A stretch of DNA of 64,000 nt, taken from positions 96,001 through 160,000 of the forward strand of contig CAVWXH010000009.1 of NCBI GenBank assembly GCA_963758915.1, given 5' to 3'. The DNA is from an uncultured Methanomicrobiales archaeon (lineage in GTDB: Archaea; Halobacteriota; Methanomicrobia; Methanomicrobiales; Methanospirillaceae). Under the pieces are notes generated by a model. That model saw only the letters and a program-made list of their open reading frames with translations. It made no database searches and had not been told where the DNA came from. A program made the position numbers and the translations under genes. Positions 50,014 to 60,550 of the stretch are shown piece by piece (within the stretch, counting starts at the first letter, position 1; the number at the start of each line of letters is the position of its first letter).

Positions 50014-50277
50014 AGCTTTGTTGACATCTTCGAAAATCCATCTTACAGATGTTGGGGTTCCTCTGAATTTACTCACTCTCCCGGGGCTCCGCCCTGCCGC
50101 TCTGGCTGCCCTGGTTGGGATGGGAAAATGGTCACGGAAGTCTGAAATTTTTGGGAGTCCGGATGTTAAACCCTGGCCAAAAAGAATCATATTGGGGGTG
50201 GAGCAGGGACGGGGTGAAACCCCCTCCTGTAAACGTATTTTTCATTCTATTGTTACACACCGGATGTCAACAAAGTC
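50014..50277 (+). mobile_element. divergent MITE copy R8 (module A variant)
   Basis: 13-bp perfect TIR: CTTTGTTGACATC (50016-50028) and GATGTCAACAAAG (50263-50275). Contains GGGGCTCCGCCC and GGGGTGAAACCCCCTCCTG of module A. Confidence 0.8.
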
Positions 50278-50290
50278 GGATATTATTTTT

Positions 50291-50617
50291 TTATTCCGGC
50301 TTACGGCTCCGGCACCGTGTCAGGTTCCACCGGACGAAGGCATAGAGTGCTATTACAATGATAGCAATGGATATTCCGGAGATTACATATGCCCCGGGTT
50401 CGATGCCACAGGTTTCACTCCCGTTCGACCGGGCAGCGAGGTCCGCACATCCTGACGGTATTGCGACCAGGAGGTACCACACAATGCAGATATTCACGGC
50501 AAACACTGCAGTCAGGGCCAGTGAAACCGGGACCAGCCAGTCAGTCCCTCCCGTTCCGGGTGTAACGCAACAGGTGGCCACCTCCGTGGAATCCTCAGTT
50601 ATATCCCGATCACTCAT
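50291..50617 (-). CDS. small Cys-containing two-TM hypothetical protein
   Basis: Two hydrophobic segments. Start chosen at ATG 50617. Confidence 0.45.
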   Translation of the reverse strand: MSDRDITEDSTEVATCCVTPGTGGTDWLVPVSLALTAVFAVNICIVWYLLVAIPSGCADLAARSNGSETCGIEPGAYVISGISIAIIVIALYAFVRWNLTRCRSRKPE

Positions 50618-50781
50618 CAGGGATATATTATCCGTCCAGACGGATAAATATCGCGGGGGCTGCAAGGGGCCGGTGGGCCAGGCGTGAACAGGAGTAAAAC
50701 CCCCTCTTGTGTAATGAATGGTCAGGGGGAACGCACAGGTTAATCCCGTACGCTTTTTTGTGTTAACACGACAATGGAACT

Positions 50782-51030
50782 TCAGCTGGTAAGCCACTCC
50801 GGGTTTTCAGATAAAAATGCATTTTCTTTCTGCTCCAGCTCTTCCGGGCTCAGCGAAGCAGACATGCAGATACAGAGGTGTTCAATATAACACCCTGATG
50901 AAAAATGACCGGGACGTTCATCCTTCATGCAAATCCCATAGGTCTTTTTATCAAAATCGTGATATACCTGCGTTTTGCCCTCTTTCCGGGCAATCTCCAC
51001 TGCTTCCTGCCATGATTCCGCCATTTCCAT
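50782..51030 (-). CDS. small hypothetical protein
   Basis: GAGG upstream and protein-like composition with several Cys/His. Confidence 0.6.
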   Translation of the reverse strand: MEMAESWQEAVEIARKEGKTQVYHDFDKKTYGICMKDERPGHFSSGCYIEHLCICMSASLSPEELEQKENAFLSENPEWLTS

Positions 51031-51304
51031 TTCCTCGTATACCTAAATGAATGGGCGGGTTAAAAAAACTGCGGGAAGCTCCCCGTAGCACTATAGCTTT
51101 AAGGAGGGTAACACCCGGCGCAACCATTTTCAAGGAATCGAAACGATTCACCGGGTCGAACCTGCTGAGACAGATCATGGGATTATCAGGAAACACTGTC
51201 AGCTGTAGAAACAGCGGGGAAACCGAAATGGTAACTCTATCCAGGAAATAACAGAATACTATAGGTTTTCCTGTTTTCCACCTCAATATTACCTTTATAT
51301 CCAC

Positions 51305-52444
51305 GTGGATAAATCCAAAACATTACAACCTGAAAATGTCATAACAATAACTGATTCATCTGATATCGTTGAACTGGGGAGCTATGAAGTGAAACTATCA
51401 TCCCGTAGCTGGCTGGCACTCTCGATACTCTTCAGCCTTACCGTTATTATCATAGTATTTGCGACAACTTTTAACCAGGAAACGATAGGTTACATTCTCA
51501 ATTTTAACCTTTTTTTTCTCTTTATTGCCATAGCATTTCGTCTTATTGCGCTGGTGATCTGGGGAGTGAGACTCCAGGTAATGTCAGGGTCACTTGGGTA
51601 CCGTGTCCCCCTTCCCCACTGTGTGAACATGGTACTTGCCGGGCTGCTCGCCGGTACCATCACCCCCGGTCAGGCGGGTGGAGAACCGGTAAGGGTTCAC
51701 GAACTATACCGGTCGGGGGTCAAACTGGGGGACGCCGCAGCGGTTGTTATAATGGAACGGGTCCTTGATGGTATTATTCTGACCGTCATGGGTGTCATCC
51801 TTATGACCCTGATGACGCAGTTATTCTGGAACTCCTTCAGTCCGGCATTGTACTTGCTGGTTATTGTTGCCTGGATCCTGATGATCAGCTTCCTCATCAT
51901 TCCTGTTCTCGCAATCTGGTATCCTGAAATGACCAAGAGACTGCTCATGAGACTGGTAAACTGGCTGATCCCGAAGCTCTCCTGGTGGTCTTCATCACCT
52001 GAAACCCTCGTTGAGCTGGCAGACAGGGAGATCGATAACCTTTTCGGGAGTATGGTCAGGTTTACCGGAACAGCCCGGGTGGGGCTGCTGGGAGGCGGGA
52101 TCACAACCGGGCTTTTCTGGATCACAGAATTCCTGGTAGCTTCGTTTATCATGATGGGCCTCGGGCTCGGCCCGGCTATTATCGAATCGTTTTTCTTCCA
52201 GATCCTTATCGCGATCATTAACATGATCCCCCTCACACCCGGGTCTTCGGGGATAACCGAACTATCGACCACGTCATTGTATGCGTTAATCATCCCCACG
52301 GGGATGATAGGTATTTTTGTCCTGTTATGGCGCTTTATCACATTTTATCTCAATATCATTCTCGGCGCAATCGCCGGCCTGGCCATATTTAAGCGTGAGA
52401 TTGATCTGAGGAACGTCGAAAAGCCGGACCAGGAAAAGGTATAA
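51305..52444 (+). CDS. UPF0104/lysylphosphatidylglycerol synthase-TM (flippase-like) protein
   Basis: ITPGQAGGEP, ERVLD, PLTPGSSGITE and WRFITFY motifs. Confidence 0.9.
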   Translation: MDKSKTLQPENVITITDSSDIVELGSYEVKLSSRSWLALSILFSLTVIIIVFATTFNQETIGYILNFNLFFLFIAIAFRLIALVIWGVRLQVMSGSLGYRVPLPHCVNMVLAGLLAGTITPGQAGGEPVRVHELYRSGVKLGDAAAVVIMERVLDGIILTVMGVILMTLMTQLFWNSFSPALYLLVIVAWILMISFLIIPVLAIWYPEMTKRLLMRLVNWLIPKLSWWSSSPETLVELADREIDNLFGSMVRFTGTARVGLLGGGITTGLFWITEFLVASFIMMGLGLGPAIIESFFFQILIAIINMIPLTPGSSGITELSTTSLYALIIPTGMIGIFVLLWRFITFYLNIILGAIAGLAIFKREIDLRNVEKPDQEKV

Positions 52445-52524
52445 ACTGCCGGCCGGTTACCCTTCCCGGTGTGGGTGGCAGCACCGGGTTATCTGGTACC
52501 CACTAAAAAATACCGAAAAAAAAC

Positions 52525-53355
52525 TCAGCTGTCATCATCGGTGGCACTGCAACTTTCAGAAACGCAGTTTATTGTAGATAAACCTGCCTGATGGTGCCTT
52601 TTGTTATTGTTTACTCCCAAAGGGCCCGTTGTAACGGGTGGCCCCCCGGCGTCCGGCTTCTGGTATACCCGCTGGGTATAGGAGTATTTTCTGGAGATGC
52701 CTCCCACCAGGACGATCCAGTACCATTCATAGAGTGTTTTCCAGAATCCGAACTGTTCATATCTCCGGAAATCGAACCCGACTTTTAGGTTGAGATTAAA
52801 TACTACCCTCCCCTCTTTCCGCACCCGTACCGCAACTTCAAGGTCATCCCCGGCATCCATGATCCGGTACATGCCAGCCCTTTTAAGGGCTTCATATCTG
52901 AAAACCGTGTTACAGCCGAGCGTATAATAGTACAACCGGGTAGCAGCTCCAAACCGCATAAGTGTGTTGAACAGCAGGACGTAGCGCCGGTTTACAGGAT
53001 TGGCTTCGATTGGTGTAACCGGACCAAATGCAAGGACCACACGCGGATCCTTAAACGAAAGAAGAATCTGCTCAACCCAGTCATGGGCAACAATGCAGTC
53101 GGCATCGGTAGTGGCAACAATATCATGCATTGCCCTGGCAAATCCGTCGTTCCGTGCGCCGGGAACCCGCTCTGATTCCTGGATAAAAACGATATCTGCG
53201 TATTCTGCCGCGATTTCCCGTGTGTTGTCTTTTGAATTCCCGTCAACTACAATCAGTTCGTAGGAGCCCCGCGGGACGGTCTGATGAGCCAGTGCATCGA
53301 GACACCGTCGTATCGTTGCACCTTCATTGTACGCCGGGATGATTATTGATATCAT
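52525..53355 (-). CDS. glycosyltransferase family 2
   Basis: ISIIIPAYNE, VVDGNSKD, ARNDG and TDAD motifs. Convergent with the flippase-like gene. Confidence 0.92.
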   Translation of the reverse strand: MISIIIPAYNEGATIRRCLDALAHQTVPRGSYELIVVDGNSKDNTREIAAEYADIVFIQESERVPGARNDGFARAMHDIVATTDADCIVAHDWVEQILLSFKDPRVVLAFGPVTPIEANPVNRRYVLLFNTLMRFGAATRLYYYTLGCNTVFRYEALKRAGMYRIMDAGDDLEVAVRVRKEGRVVFNLNLKVGFDFRRYEQFGFWKTLYEWYWIVLVGGISRKYSYTQRVYQKPDAGGPPVTTGPLGVNNNKRHHQAGLSTINCVSESCSATDDDS

Positions 53356-53714
53356 GATATGCAGGCAGAATTCCGGGAAGAACCCGGGCAATTAATTATT
53401 TATCTTAAAATTAAATGAAACTCAATAGTTAAGAGATTTTCTAAATAATAACGCAACAGTCCTTTCTTTTCTATTACTGTACCAGGTTACAGAGCATCAG
53501 GGTTAGCCCGGTCACCAGGTACGCAATTGTTAGTCCGGAACGTCCGTTCAGGCAATACCCGGCTGAAGAATCCATGGTATCCTGTGAATAGCGGTGCCCA
53601 CACCACGATTCCCGTTGCGTCACGCCGTGGCTTGCTGCCAGGGGTACCCTGGATGCAAAGAACCACATTCTTATTCAACTCTTCGCCCTATCTCTTCATA
53701 CAGAACAGACTGCT

Positions 53715-54776
53715 ATGCCACGACAACAGCACAAACTTTCGAAACGTGCAGGACAACCCCCGGGGTCACTCCGTGTCAACGGTGAACGAGGCGATCTCCC
53801 GGTCCTTATCACCGTCATCGACTATGACGCAACCCACTTCCAGGAGAAACAGGTGGGCCAGATCACCGAATGTTTCCCGTTCAGAGACACTGAAACGGTG
53901 ACATGGATAAATGTCGATGGCCTGGGAAACGCGGGCGTAATCGAGGATCTCGGGAAATGCTTCACCATACACCCCCTCATCCTGGAAGATATATTAAATA
54001 CCGAGCAGCGCCCGAAAATGGAGGACCTGGAGACATATATCTACCTGAACTTAAAGATGCTCTCGTACATCGATCCGGAAATGGATGTCAAGGTCGAGCA
54101 CATCAGTATGATCTTCGGCTCGAACTTCCTGATCTCATTCCAGGAAGACATAGGGGATATATTTGACCCCGTGCGTGAACGAATCCGGAAAGATGGCCGT
54201 ATCCGGAAATTTGGCCCGGATTACCTTGCTTACGCGCTCATCGACGGTATCGTTGACAATTATTTCGTAGTAATGGAAAAGCTCGAGGAGAGGGTGGAGG
54301 ACCTCGAGGAGGAACTGGTGATCAACCCGACCCAGGAATCCCTCCATAAAATCAACCGGCTGAAAAAAGACATGATATTCCTCCGGAAGTCAGTCTGGCC
54401 GCTCCGGGAGGTTATCAATAACCTCGAACGATCAGAATCCACGCTCATTAAAGAGTCAACCACAATCTACCTCCGTGATGTCTATGACCACACGATCCAG
54501 GTGATCGATACCCTTGAGACATTCCGGGACATGGTATCCGGGATGATCGATATCTACCTTTCAGGCCTGAGCTATAAAATGAACGAGATTATGAAGGTGC
54601 TCACGCTTATCGCGACTATTTTCATCCCCCTCACGTTTGTAGTCGGGTTGTATGGCATGAACTTCCGGAATATGCCTGAAATCGATTGGGAATATGGCTA
54701 TTATTCAGTGCTGGTCGTGATGGTCATCATGGTGGTAGGGATGCTTACCTACTTCCGGAGGAAGAAGTGGATCTGA
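53715..54776 (+). CDS. corA: magnesium/cobalt transporter CorA
   Basis: HPLILEDI...QRPK, YGMNF..MPE and two C-terminal TM helices. Confidence 0.96.
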   Translation: MPRQQHKLSKRAGQPPGSLRVNGERGDLPVLITVIDYDATHFQEKQVGQITECFPFRDTETVTWINVDGLGNAGVIEDLGKCFTIHPLILEDILNTEQRPKMEDLETYIYLNLKMLSYIDPEMDVKVEHISMIFGSNFLISFQEDIGDIFDPVRERIRKDGRIRKFGPDYLAYALIDGIVDNYFVVMEKLEERVEDLEEELVINPTQESLHKINRLKKDMIFLRKSVWPLREVINNLERSESTLIKESTTIYLRDVYDHTIQVIDTLETFRDMVSGMIDIYLSGLSYKMNEIMKVLTLIATIFIPLTFVVGLYGMNFRNMPEIDWEYGYYSVLVVMVIMVVGMLTYFRRKKWI

Positions 54777-55029
54777 TAACCCTTCATGCGAGGACACCCC
54801 GGCAGGGTGTGGTTTTACAAAAACCCGGGTGATCCGGCAGTTTACAGGTCCTGGTTATTTCTTCATTCAGGGGATTTTACCCACCGCACTCCTTCAAGGG
54901 TCAGACAGGTGCAAATAGGTCTGTTTTGCCATGAGTGGCAGAAGTTCGTGCTGTCCCGGTTGCCAGCAGATTTTGCTTGTTTAACCGGTTAAAAACAGAA
55001 GAAGCGGCTAAATTACCATCTTTAAAGAG

Positions 55030-55101
55030 TGCGCGGACCGGGACTCGAACCCGGGTTTAGGCGTTGGCAACGCCTAGTGATAACCACTACACTATCCGCG
55101 C
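55030..55101 (-). tRNA. tRNA-Gly(GCC)
   Basis: GCGCGGA acceptor stem, AGGCG-TTGCCAA-CGCCT anticodon arm, GGTTCGAGTCC. Confidence 0.96.
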
Positions 55102-55424
55102 ATTCGGGCTGATTTGTGCTCTACTAGATGCGTATGCAAATATTATAAGGGTATCGAATTATGGCACCCGGACTTCCCGCTTAAAGACCGGTAAGCCCGG
55201 TCTGCTGATGCGACCCCCATTATGCATAATCCATACTGTCCGGCCTGATTTCTTTTTCAACTCGTTTTTTTTAAAGATACGAACCACCAGGAGGCATCCA
55301 GGGTAGTCCCTGCAGAAAGATGAACACGTGTAATGAGATGCCATGGGTCCTGAAAAAGGTTGAATCAGTCGGCCTGTGGAACCGCAATTCAACATCTTAA
55401 AGTAACGAAATAACCCACATACTA

Positions 55425-56051
55425 ATGATGATCCCCCTCATGATCGATTTTTCAGGAAAGCGGGTGGTGATATTCGGTGGAGGGGAGGTCGGTGCACGGA
55501 AAGCAGCATATTTCTGTGAAGAGACCGAAGTGACCGTGGTCAGCCGTTCTTTTTCACCGGCATTCAACGAGTTAACAGTCAGGAAGGTGGAAATGAACCT
55601 CGCAGGAGTCGGGGATTATGAGCTGGACTGCCTGATTAAGACAGCCTTTCTCGTAATCGCCGCAACGCAGGACACAAACCTGAATGACCGGATCGGGCGG
55701 TACTGCGAGATCCGGGCTGTCCTGTTCAATAATGCTGACGGGAAAGCCGGAGATGTGACCCTCCCATCGAAACTGAAAGGGAAGCATTACACCATCTCAA
55801 TCAGCACCAGCGGTGAGAGCCCGGGTGTATCAAGGTTTCTCCGTGAACATATCGGACAATCATACCCCAACCTTGACGGGATGATCGAAGTCCAGAACCA
55901 GCTCCGCACAACATTGAAACAAAAAATACCAGACCAGGAAAGGAGGAGCCGTATCCTGCACGAGGTACTTGACGATGAGAGTGTCTGGAAAGCGCTTGAA
56001 GGCGGGACCAGACCTGCATGGGAGATTATTGAGCGGAGGTACCTCTGTTGA
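55425..56051 (+). CDS. sirC: precorrin-2 dehydrogenase / siroheme synthase N-terminal domain
   Basis: GGGEVGARK, IAAT and ISTSGESP motifs. First gene of the hem operon. Confidence 0.9.
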   Translation: MMIPLMIDFSGKRVVIFGGGEVGARKAAYFCEETEVTVVSRSFSPAFNELTVRKVEMNLAGVGDYELDCLIKTAFLVIAATQDTNLNDRIGRYCEIRAVLFNNADGKAGDVTLPSKLKGKHYTISISTSGESPGVSRFLREHIGQSYPNLDGMIEVQNQLRTTLKQKIPDQERRSRILHEVLDDESVWKALEGGTRPAWEIIERRYLC

Positions 56052-57340
56052 CTTCCAGGCATGGGGACATGGAGCTCTGTTTTACTCCGTTTGCGATAGC
56101 CGGGATCAATCATCATACGGCCGATGTCGCCGCTATCGAAGCCTTCAGGTTTTCCGACGAACCAGCCTTCCTTGCGGATGCGAAGGAACATTTCAAGGGG
56201 GTCATGCTCCTCCAGACATGCAACAGGGTGGAAATAGTTGTACACGGGGATGCGGAGGCACTACGGACATTCCTGCATCAAAAAGGCCGTAGCGAATTCA
56301 CCATGTCTGAAGGAAAAGACGCACTCGGGCACCTCCTTATGGTGGCATGCGGCATTGACTCCATGATTGTCGGTGAAGACCAGATAATCGGCCAGCTGAA
56401 GAAAGCACTCGCAGATGCACAGGAAGCGGGTACCTGTAGCAGTGTACTGGAGCTCTGTATCAACAAGGCTGTTCACGTGGGGGTCGAGTGCCGGAGACGG
56501 ACCCAGATTAACCGTGGGGCGGTCTCCGTCGGCTCCGCGGCGGTACTGCTCGCCGAGGAGCAGCTCGGGAGCCTGAAGGGAAAACACATCCTTGTCATTG
56601 GAAGCGGTGAAATGGGGCTTCTTGTCGCCCAGGCCCTTGCCGCCAAGGACCTCACCGCCATCTACGTCGCCAACCGCACGTACGAACGGGCAGTGATTCT
56701 TGCGAAGAAGATCGGTGGACGGGCGGTGAAATTTGACGAGATGAACCGCTACCTCACCCTTTCGGACGTCGTTATCTCCTGCACCTCGGCGCCACACCCG
56801 GTTATTAAGAAAAGCGACCTGTACGAGGTGATGAAAGGGCGTTGCTGGCCACTTGACGGACACCCGAGGCCCCTGATCCTGGTCGATATCGCGCAGCCCA
56901 GAGACGTGGAGGAAGCAGCAGGCACCCTCGACGGGGTCCACCTTTTTACCATCGATAACCTCCGGCATGTGAATGAATGTACCATGAATACCCGCCAGGG
57001 AGAGGCAGAAAAGGCAAGGGATTTTCTCATGGAGGAACTCGGGCAGTTCGTGTACCTCCTCAACAGGAAAGCTGCTGACGACACCCTTGCGACCCTCCAT
57101 ACCTGGGCCGAGGCAATAAGGATCCGGGAACGTGACCGGGCACTTGGAAGGTTCCCGGTAAAAGATGAAAAGACGGTGGAAATCGTGGAAGACCTTTCCC
57201 GTGTGCTTGTTACAAAAATTTTAAACGATGCAACATTTTCCATCAGGGCATGCGCCGAATCAGGTGACCTCGGAGCAGCCGAGGCACTTGTTGCAGCAAT
57301 TATCAGAGGTGAACGGTTATGTACCCGCAACGAAGATTGA
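56048..57340 (+). CDS. hemA: glutamyl-tRNA reductase
   Basis: QTCNRVE, GEDQIIGQ, GSGEMG and DIAQPRD motifs. Confidence 0.96.
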   Translation: MTSRHGDMELCFTPFAIAGINHHTADVAAIEAFRFSDEPAFLADAKEHFKGVMLLQTCNRVEIVVHGDAEALRTFLHQKGRSEFTMSEGKDALGHLLMVACGIDSMIVGEDQIIGQLKKALADAQEAGTCSSVLELCINKAVHVGVECRRRTQINRGAVSVGSAAVLLAEEQLGSLKGKHILVIGSGEMGLLVAQALAAKDLTAIYVANRTYERAVILAKKIGGRAVKFDEMNRYLTLSDVVISCTSAPHPVIKKSDLYEVMKGRCWPLDGHPRPLILVDIAQPRDVEEAAGTLDGVHLFTIDNLRHVNECTMNTRQGEAEKARDFLMEELGQFVYLLNRKAADDTLATLHTWAEAIRIRERDRALGRFPVKDEKTVEIVEDLSRVLVTKILNDATFSIRACAESGDLGAAEALVAAIIRGERLCTRNED

Positions 57341-58314
57341 GGAGACTCCGGAAGCAAACGCTCCAGCCGCTTTTCAGGGAGACAATACTTCATACGACAG
57401 ACCTTGTAGCACCATTATTTATAGACGAGACCGCAATCGGGAAAATTCCGATCGGGTCAATGCCCGGGCAGTACCGTTACCCGCCCGGTGAGATTGCACT
57501 TCACGTCCAGGCCCTCTACAATGCAGGGATCAGGGCAGTCCTCCTTTTCGGTATCCCGGCAAAAAAAGACGAGGAGGCAAGCGAGTCCTATGCGGGGTCC
57601 GGGGTTATCCAGAGCGCGGTCCGTTCCATAAAAGGGCTGGTACCTGGCATGACCGTAATCACGGATGTCTGCGCATGTGAATACACATCTCACGGGCATT
57701 GCGGGATCTTCCACCATGGAAGGTGTGGACCAGATCTCGATAATGATGCATCTCTTCTCCTGATGGACCGTATAGCGGTAAGTCATGCAGAAGCAGGTGC
57801 AGATATTGTTGCACCTTCCTGCATGCTCGATGGCATGGTTCACTCGATCCGGACGGCACTCGACAAGTCTGGTTACCAGGATATCGCAGTGATGTCGTAC
57901 TCCACCAAGTTTGCAAGTGCCTTGTACGGACCGTTCCGTGAGGCGGCAGATTCTGGTTTCTCCTCCGGGGACCGGAGCACCTACCAGATGGATCCGGCAA
58001 ATGCCCGGGAAGCGTTTCTCGAATCTCAACTTGATGCAAAAGAAGGCGCTGACATCCTGATGGTAAAACCGGCCGGTAACTACCTCGATGTGCTTTCTGC
58101 GATCTGCACTATCGGGCTCCCGGTCGCGGCCTACCAGGTAAGCGGGGAATACTCCCAGATCAAGGCAGCATCAGAACGTGGCTGGATCAACGAAAAAGCA
58201 GTCGCTCTCGAAGCCCTGACCTGCATAAAACGGGCAGGTGCAGACCTGATCATCACCTATTTTGCCCTGGATGCAGCCCGGTGGCTCTCCGAAAAGCCCG
58301 ATGGACACCCCTGA
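57319..58314 (+). CDS. hemB: porphobilinogen synthase (Zn-type)
   Basis: RLRRLR, DVCACEYTSHGHCG, YGPFR and MVKP motifs. Confidence 0.96.
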   Translation: MYPQRRLRRLRKQTLQPLFRETILHTTDLVAPLFIDETAIGKIPIGSMPGQYRYPPGEIALHVQALYNAGIRAVLLFGIPAKKDEEASESYAGSGVIQSAVRSIKGLVPGMTVITDVCACEYTSHGHCGIFHHGRCGPDLDNDASLLLMDRIAVSHAEAGADIVAPSCMLDGMVHSIRTALDKSGYQDIAVMSYSTKFASALYGPFREAADSGFSSGDRSTYQMDPANAREAFLESQLDAKEGADILMVKPAGNYLDVLSAICTIGLPVAAYQVSGEYSQIKAASERGWINEKAVALEALTCIKRAGADLIITYFALDAARWLSEKPDGHP

Positions 58315-58387
58315 AAAAGGAAGAACGATATGCATACCTGGTTCATGAGAATTCCCGAATTCAAAAAGCGATACAACGGGTGACAAT

Positions 58388-59642
58388 ATGAAAAGCAATG
58401 AAATTTTTGAGACTGCAAAGACCCTTATGCCGGGTGGCGTAAGCAGCCCGGTCAGGGCAATCAAACCCTACCCGTTCTACACGGAATCTGCCCACGGGGC
58501 ACATCTGAAAACTGTTGATGGCAACGAGCTTATAGACTGCTGCATGGCCTACGGCCCGTTAATCCTCGGCCATTGCCACCCGGATATCAGGGCAGCAATC
58601 GGGCGGCAAATCGAAAAGGGATGGCTGTACGGCACACCAAGTCCCCTTGAACCGGAAATGGCCAGGAGGGTCACGGGGACCCACCCCGGTATGGACATGG
58701 TCAGGTTTGTTTCCAGCGGATCAGAAGCTGACGATGGCGGCAATACGCCTGGCCAGGGGGTTCAGCGGAAAGGAGGATATCGTTAAAATCGAGGGGGGGT
58801 TCCACGGTGCACATGACGGTGTTCTCGTCAAAGCCGGTTCAGGAGCTACCACGCACGGTGTCCCCGACTCTGCAGGAGTCCTCCCCGACATCGTCTCCCA
58901 CACCCGCCAGGTGCCGTATAATGATCCTGATGCACTCGAAGAGATCCTTTCCCGGGATGATAACGTAGCGGCGTTCATCCTCGAACCGGTCCTTGGGAAC
59001 ATCGGCCCTGTCCTGCCCGAATTCAATTATCTCAGAGAGGTCCGTGAGATTACAAAAGCCCACGACGTCCTCCTTATTTTCGATGAAGTGATCACCGGTT
59101 ACCGGATCTGCATGGGTGGTGCACAGGCCTACTTCGGCGTCCGCCCTGACCTCATGACACTCGGAAAGATCGTGGGAGGGGGCCTGCCAATCGGGATGTT
59201 TGCAGGACGACGGGAGATCATGGAGCTGGTCTCACCGTCCGGCCCGGTATACCAGGCTGGCACGTTCTCAGGAAACCCACTCTCCCTTTCAGCGGGTATT
59301 GCAACAATTGACTGGCTCGATACCCACCCGGAGGTATACTCCATGATGAGACTTGGAACAGAGGCGATACGGGACTCCATTCCGGAAGATGCCGGTGGTT
59401 CCTTTGTGATGCTCGGGTCCATGTTCAAGTATTTCTTCAGGGATGAGGCGCCGGCCAATTACAGCCAGGTGAAAGAATGCAATACGGAGGCATTTGGCAG
59501 GTTCTGGAAAGAGATGTACCGTGCAGGTGTTTTCCTGCCACCTTCCCAGTTTGAGACCAATTTTCTCTCCGCGGCGCACACGGAAGAGGATGTTGAACTG
59601 ATATCTGATGCCTACCGGCAATCACTGGGACCATCCCAATGA
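58388..59642 (+). pseudogene. hemL: glutamate-1-semialdehyde 2,1-aminomutase with apparent +1 frameshift at about 58729 (probably a sequencing error)
   Basis: PGGVSSPVR...VSSGSEA lies in one frame. [10 protein letters not shown]...FDEVITG...GKIVGGG lies in the next. Confidence 0.93.
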
Positions 59643-60550
59643 CGTTGAAACTCGGAACACGGGGCAGCAGGCTGGCACTTGTCCAGGCTGATCGGGTCTG
59701 TACCATGCTGAGAGCAGAGGGGGTTGATTGTGAAAGAACGATCATCGCTACGGAAGGGGACACAAATACCGGTGTACCGCTCCATGAAATCGGTGGCCAG
59801 GGGCTCTTTGTACGGGCCCTTGATGATGCGATCCTCCGTGGTGAAATTGATGCAGCCGTGCACTCCATGAAAGATATCCCGGCAATCCGTCCCCCGGGGG
59901 TACTGACAAGTGCCGTGCTCCCAAGGGACTCCCCTGCCGACTTCCTTGCGCATGAAAAAAGTATTGACCTGGTAAAAGTCGTCGGAACATCGAGCACGAG
60001 GAGAAAGGCACAATTACTGCGGCATGACCCCTCGGTCATCGTTGCAGCCCTGAGGGGAAATGTCGATACACGGATAAGAAAACTTACCGCCGGCGAATAT
60101 GATGCAATCGTGCTGGCAGAGGCGGGGCTTGAAAGGCTTTCAATAAAACTCCCGGGTGTACGTCTTCCCCCGGAGAAGTTTGTCCCGTCACCAAACCAGG
60201 GTACCATTGCAGTCGTCAGTCGCGTTGACCCCTCGCTGTCGGAAACGATGAGCCTGCTCGATGACCCCGTCACCCGTTCTGATGTCGCAATCGAACGGAT
60301 AGTAATGGAAGAGGTAGGAGGGGGTTGCTTCACTCCTCTTGGTATCTATTGCCGGAACGGTCACCTGATCGCATCTGTCCTTTCGCTTGACGGCACCCGG
60401 GAGGTCAGGGTCGAACATGATATCGCGACCGTAACAGAAGCCCGGGACCGCGGCCGTGAGCTCCATAACGAGGCCCGGGAACTGATTAAAGAGGCCTATA
60501 CATTACTCGGAATCAGAACGCGGGACGACGGGACAGGAGGGTGCAAATGA
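59639..60550 (+). CDS. hemC: hydroxymethylbilane synthase
   Basis: [28 protein letters not shown] and GGC motifs. Confidence 0.96.
   Translation: MTLKLGTRGSRLALVQADRVCTMLRAEGVDCERTIIATEGDTNTGVPLHEIGGQGLFVRALDDAILRGEIDAAVHSMKDIPAIRPPGVLTSAVLPRDSPADFLAHEKSIDLVKVVGTSSTRRKAQLLRHDPSVIVAALRGNVDTRIRKLTAGEYDAIVLAEAGLERLSIKLPGVRLPPEKFVPSPNQGTIAVVSRVDPSLSETMSLLDDPVTRSDVAIERIVMEEVGGGCFTPLGIYCRNGHLIASVLSLDGTREVRVEHDIATVTEARDRGRELHNEARELIKEAYTLLGIRTRDDGTGGCK

Noticed and set aside
53470-53680. GC-rich leader before corA as RNase P RNA, SRP RNA or a Mg riboswitch
   Set aside because: Only a short CCAGGG-gta-CCCTGG hairpin is visible and no diagnostic conserved motifs were recognised.
58715-58745. Programmed ribosomal frameshifting in hemL and the other three broken genes
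   Set aside because: No slippery sequence or shared context is present at the sites, so sequencing error is more parsimonious.
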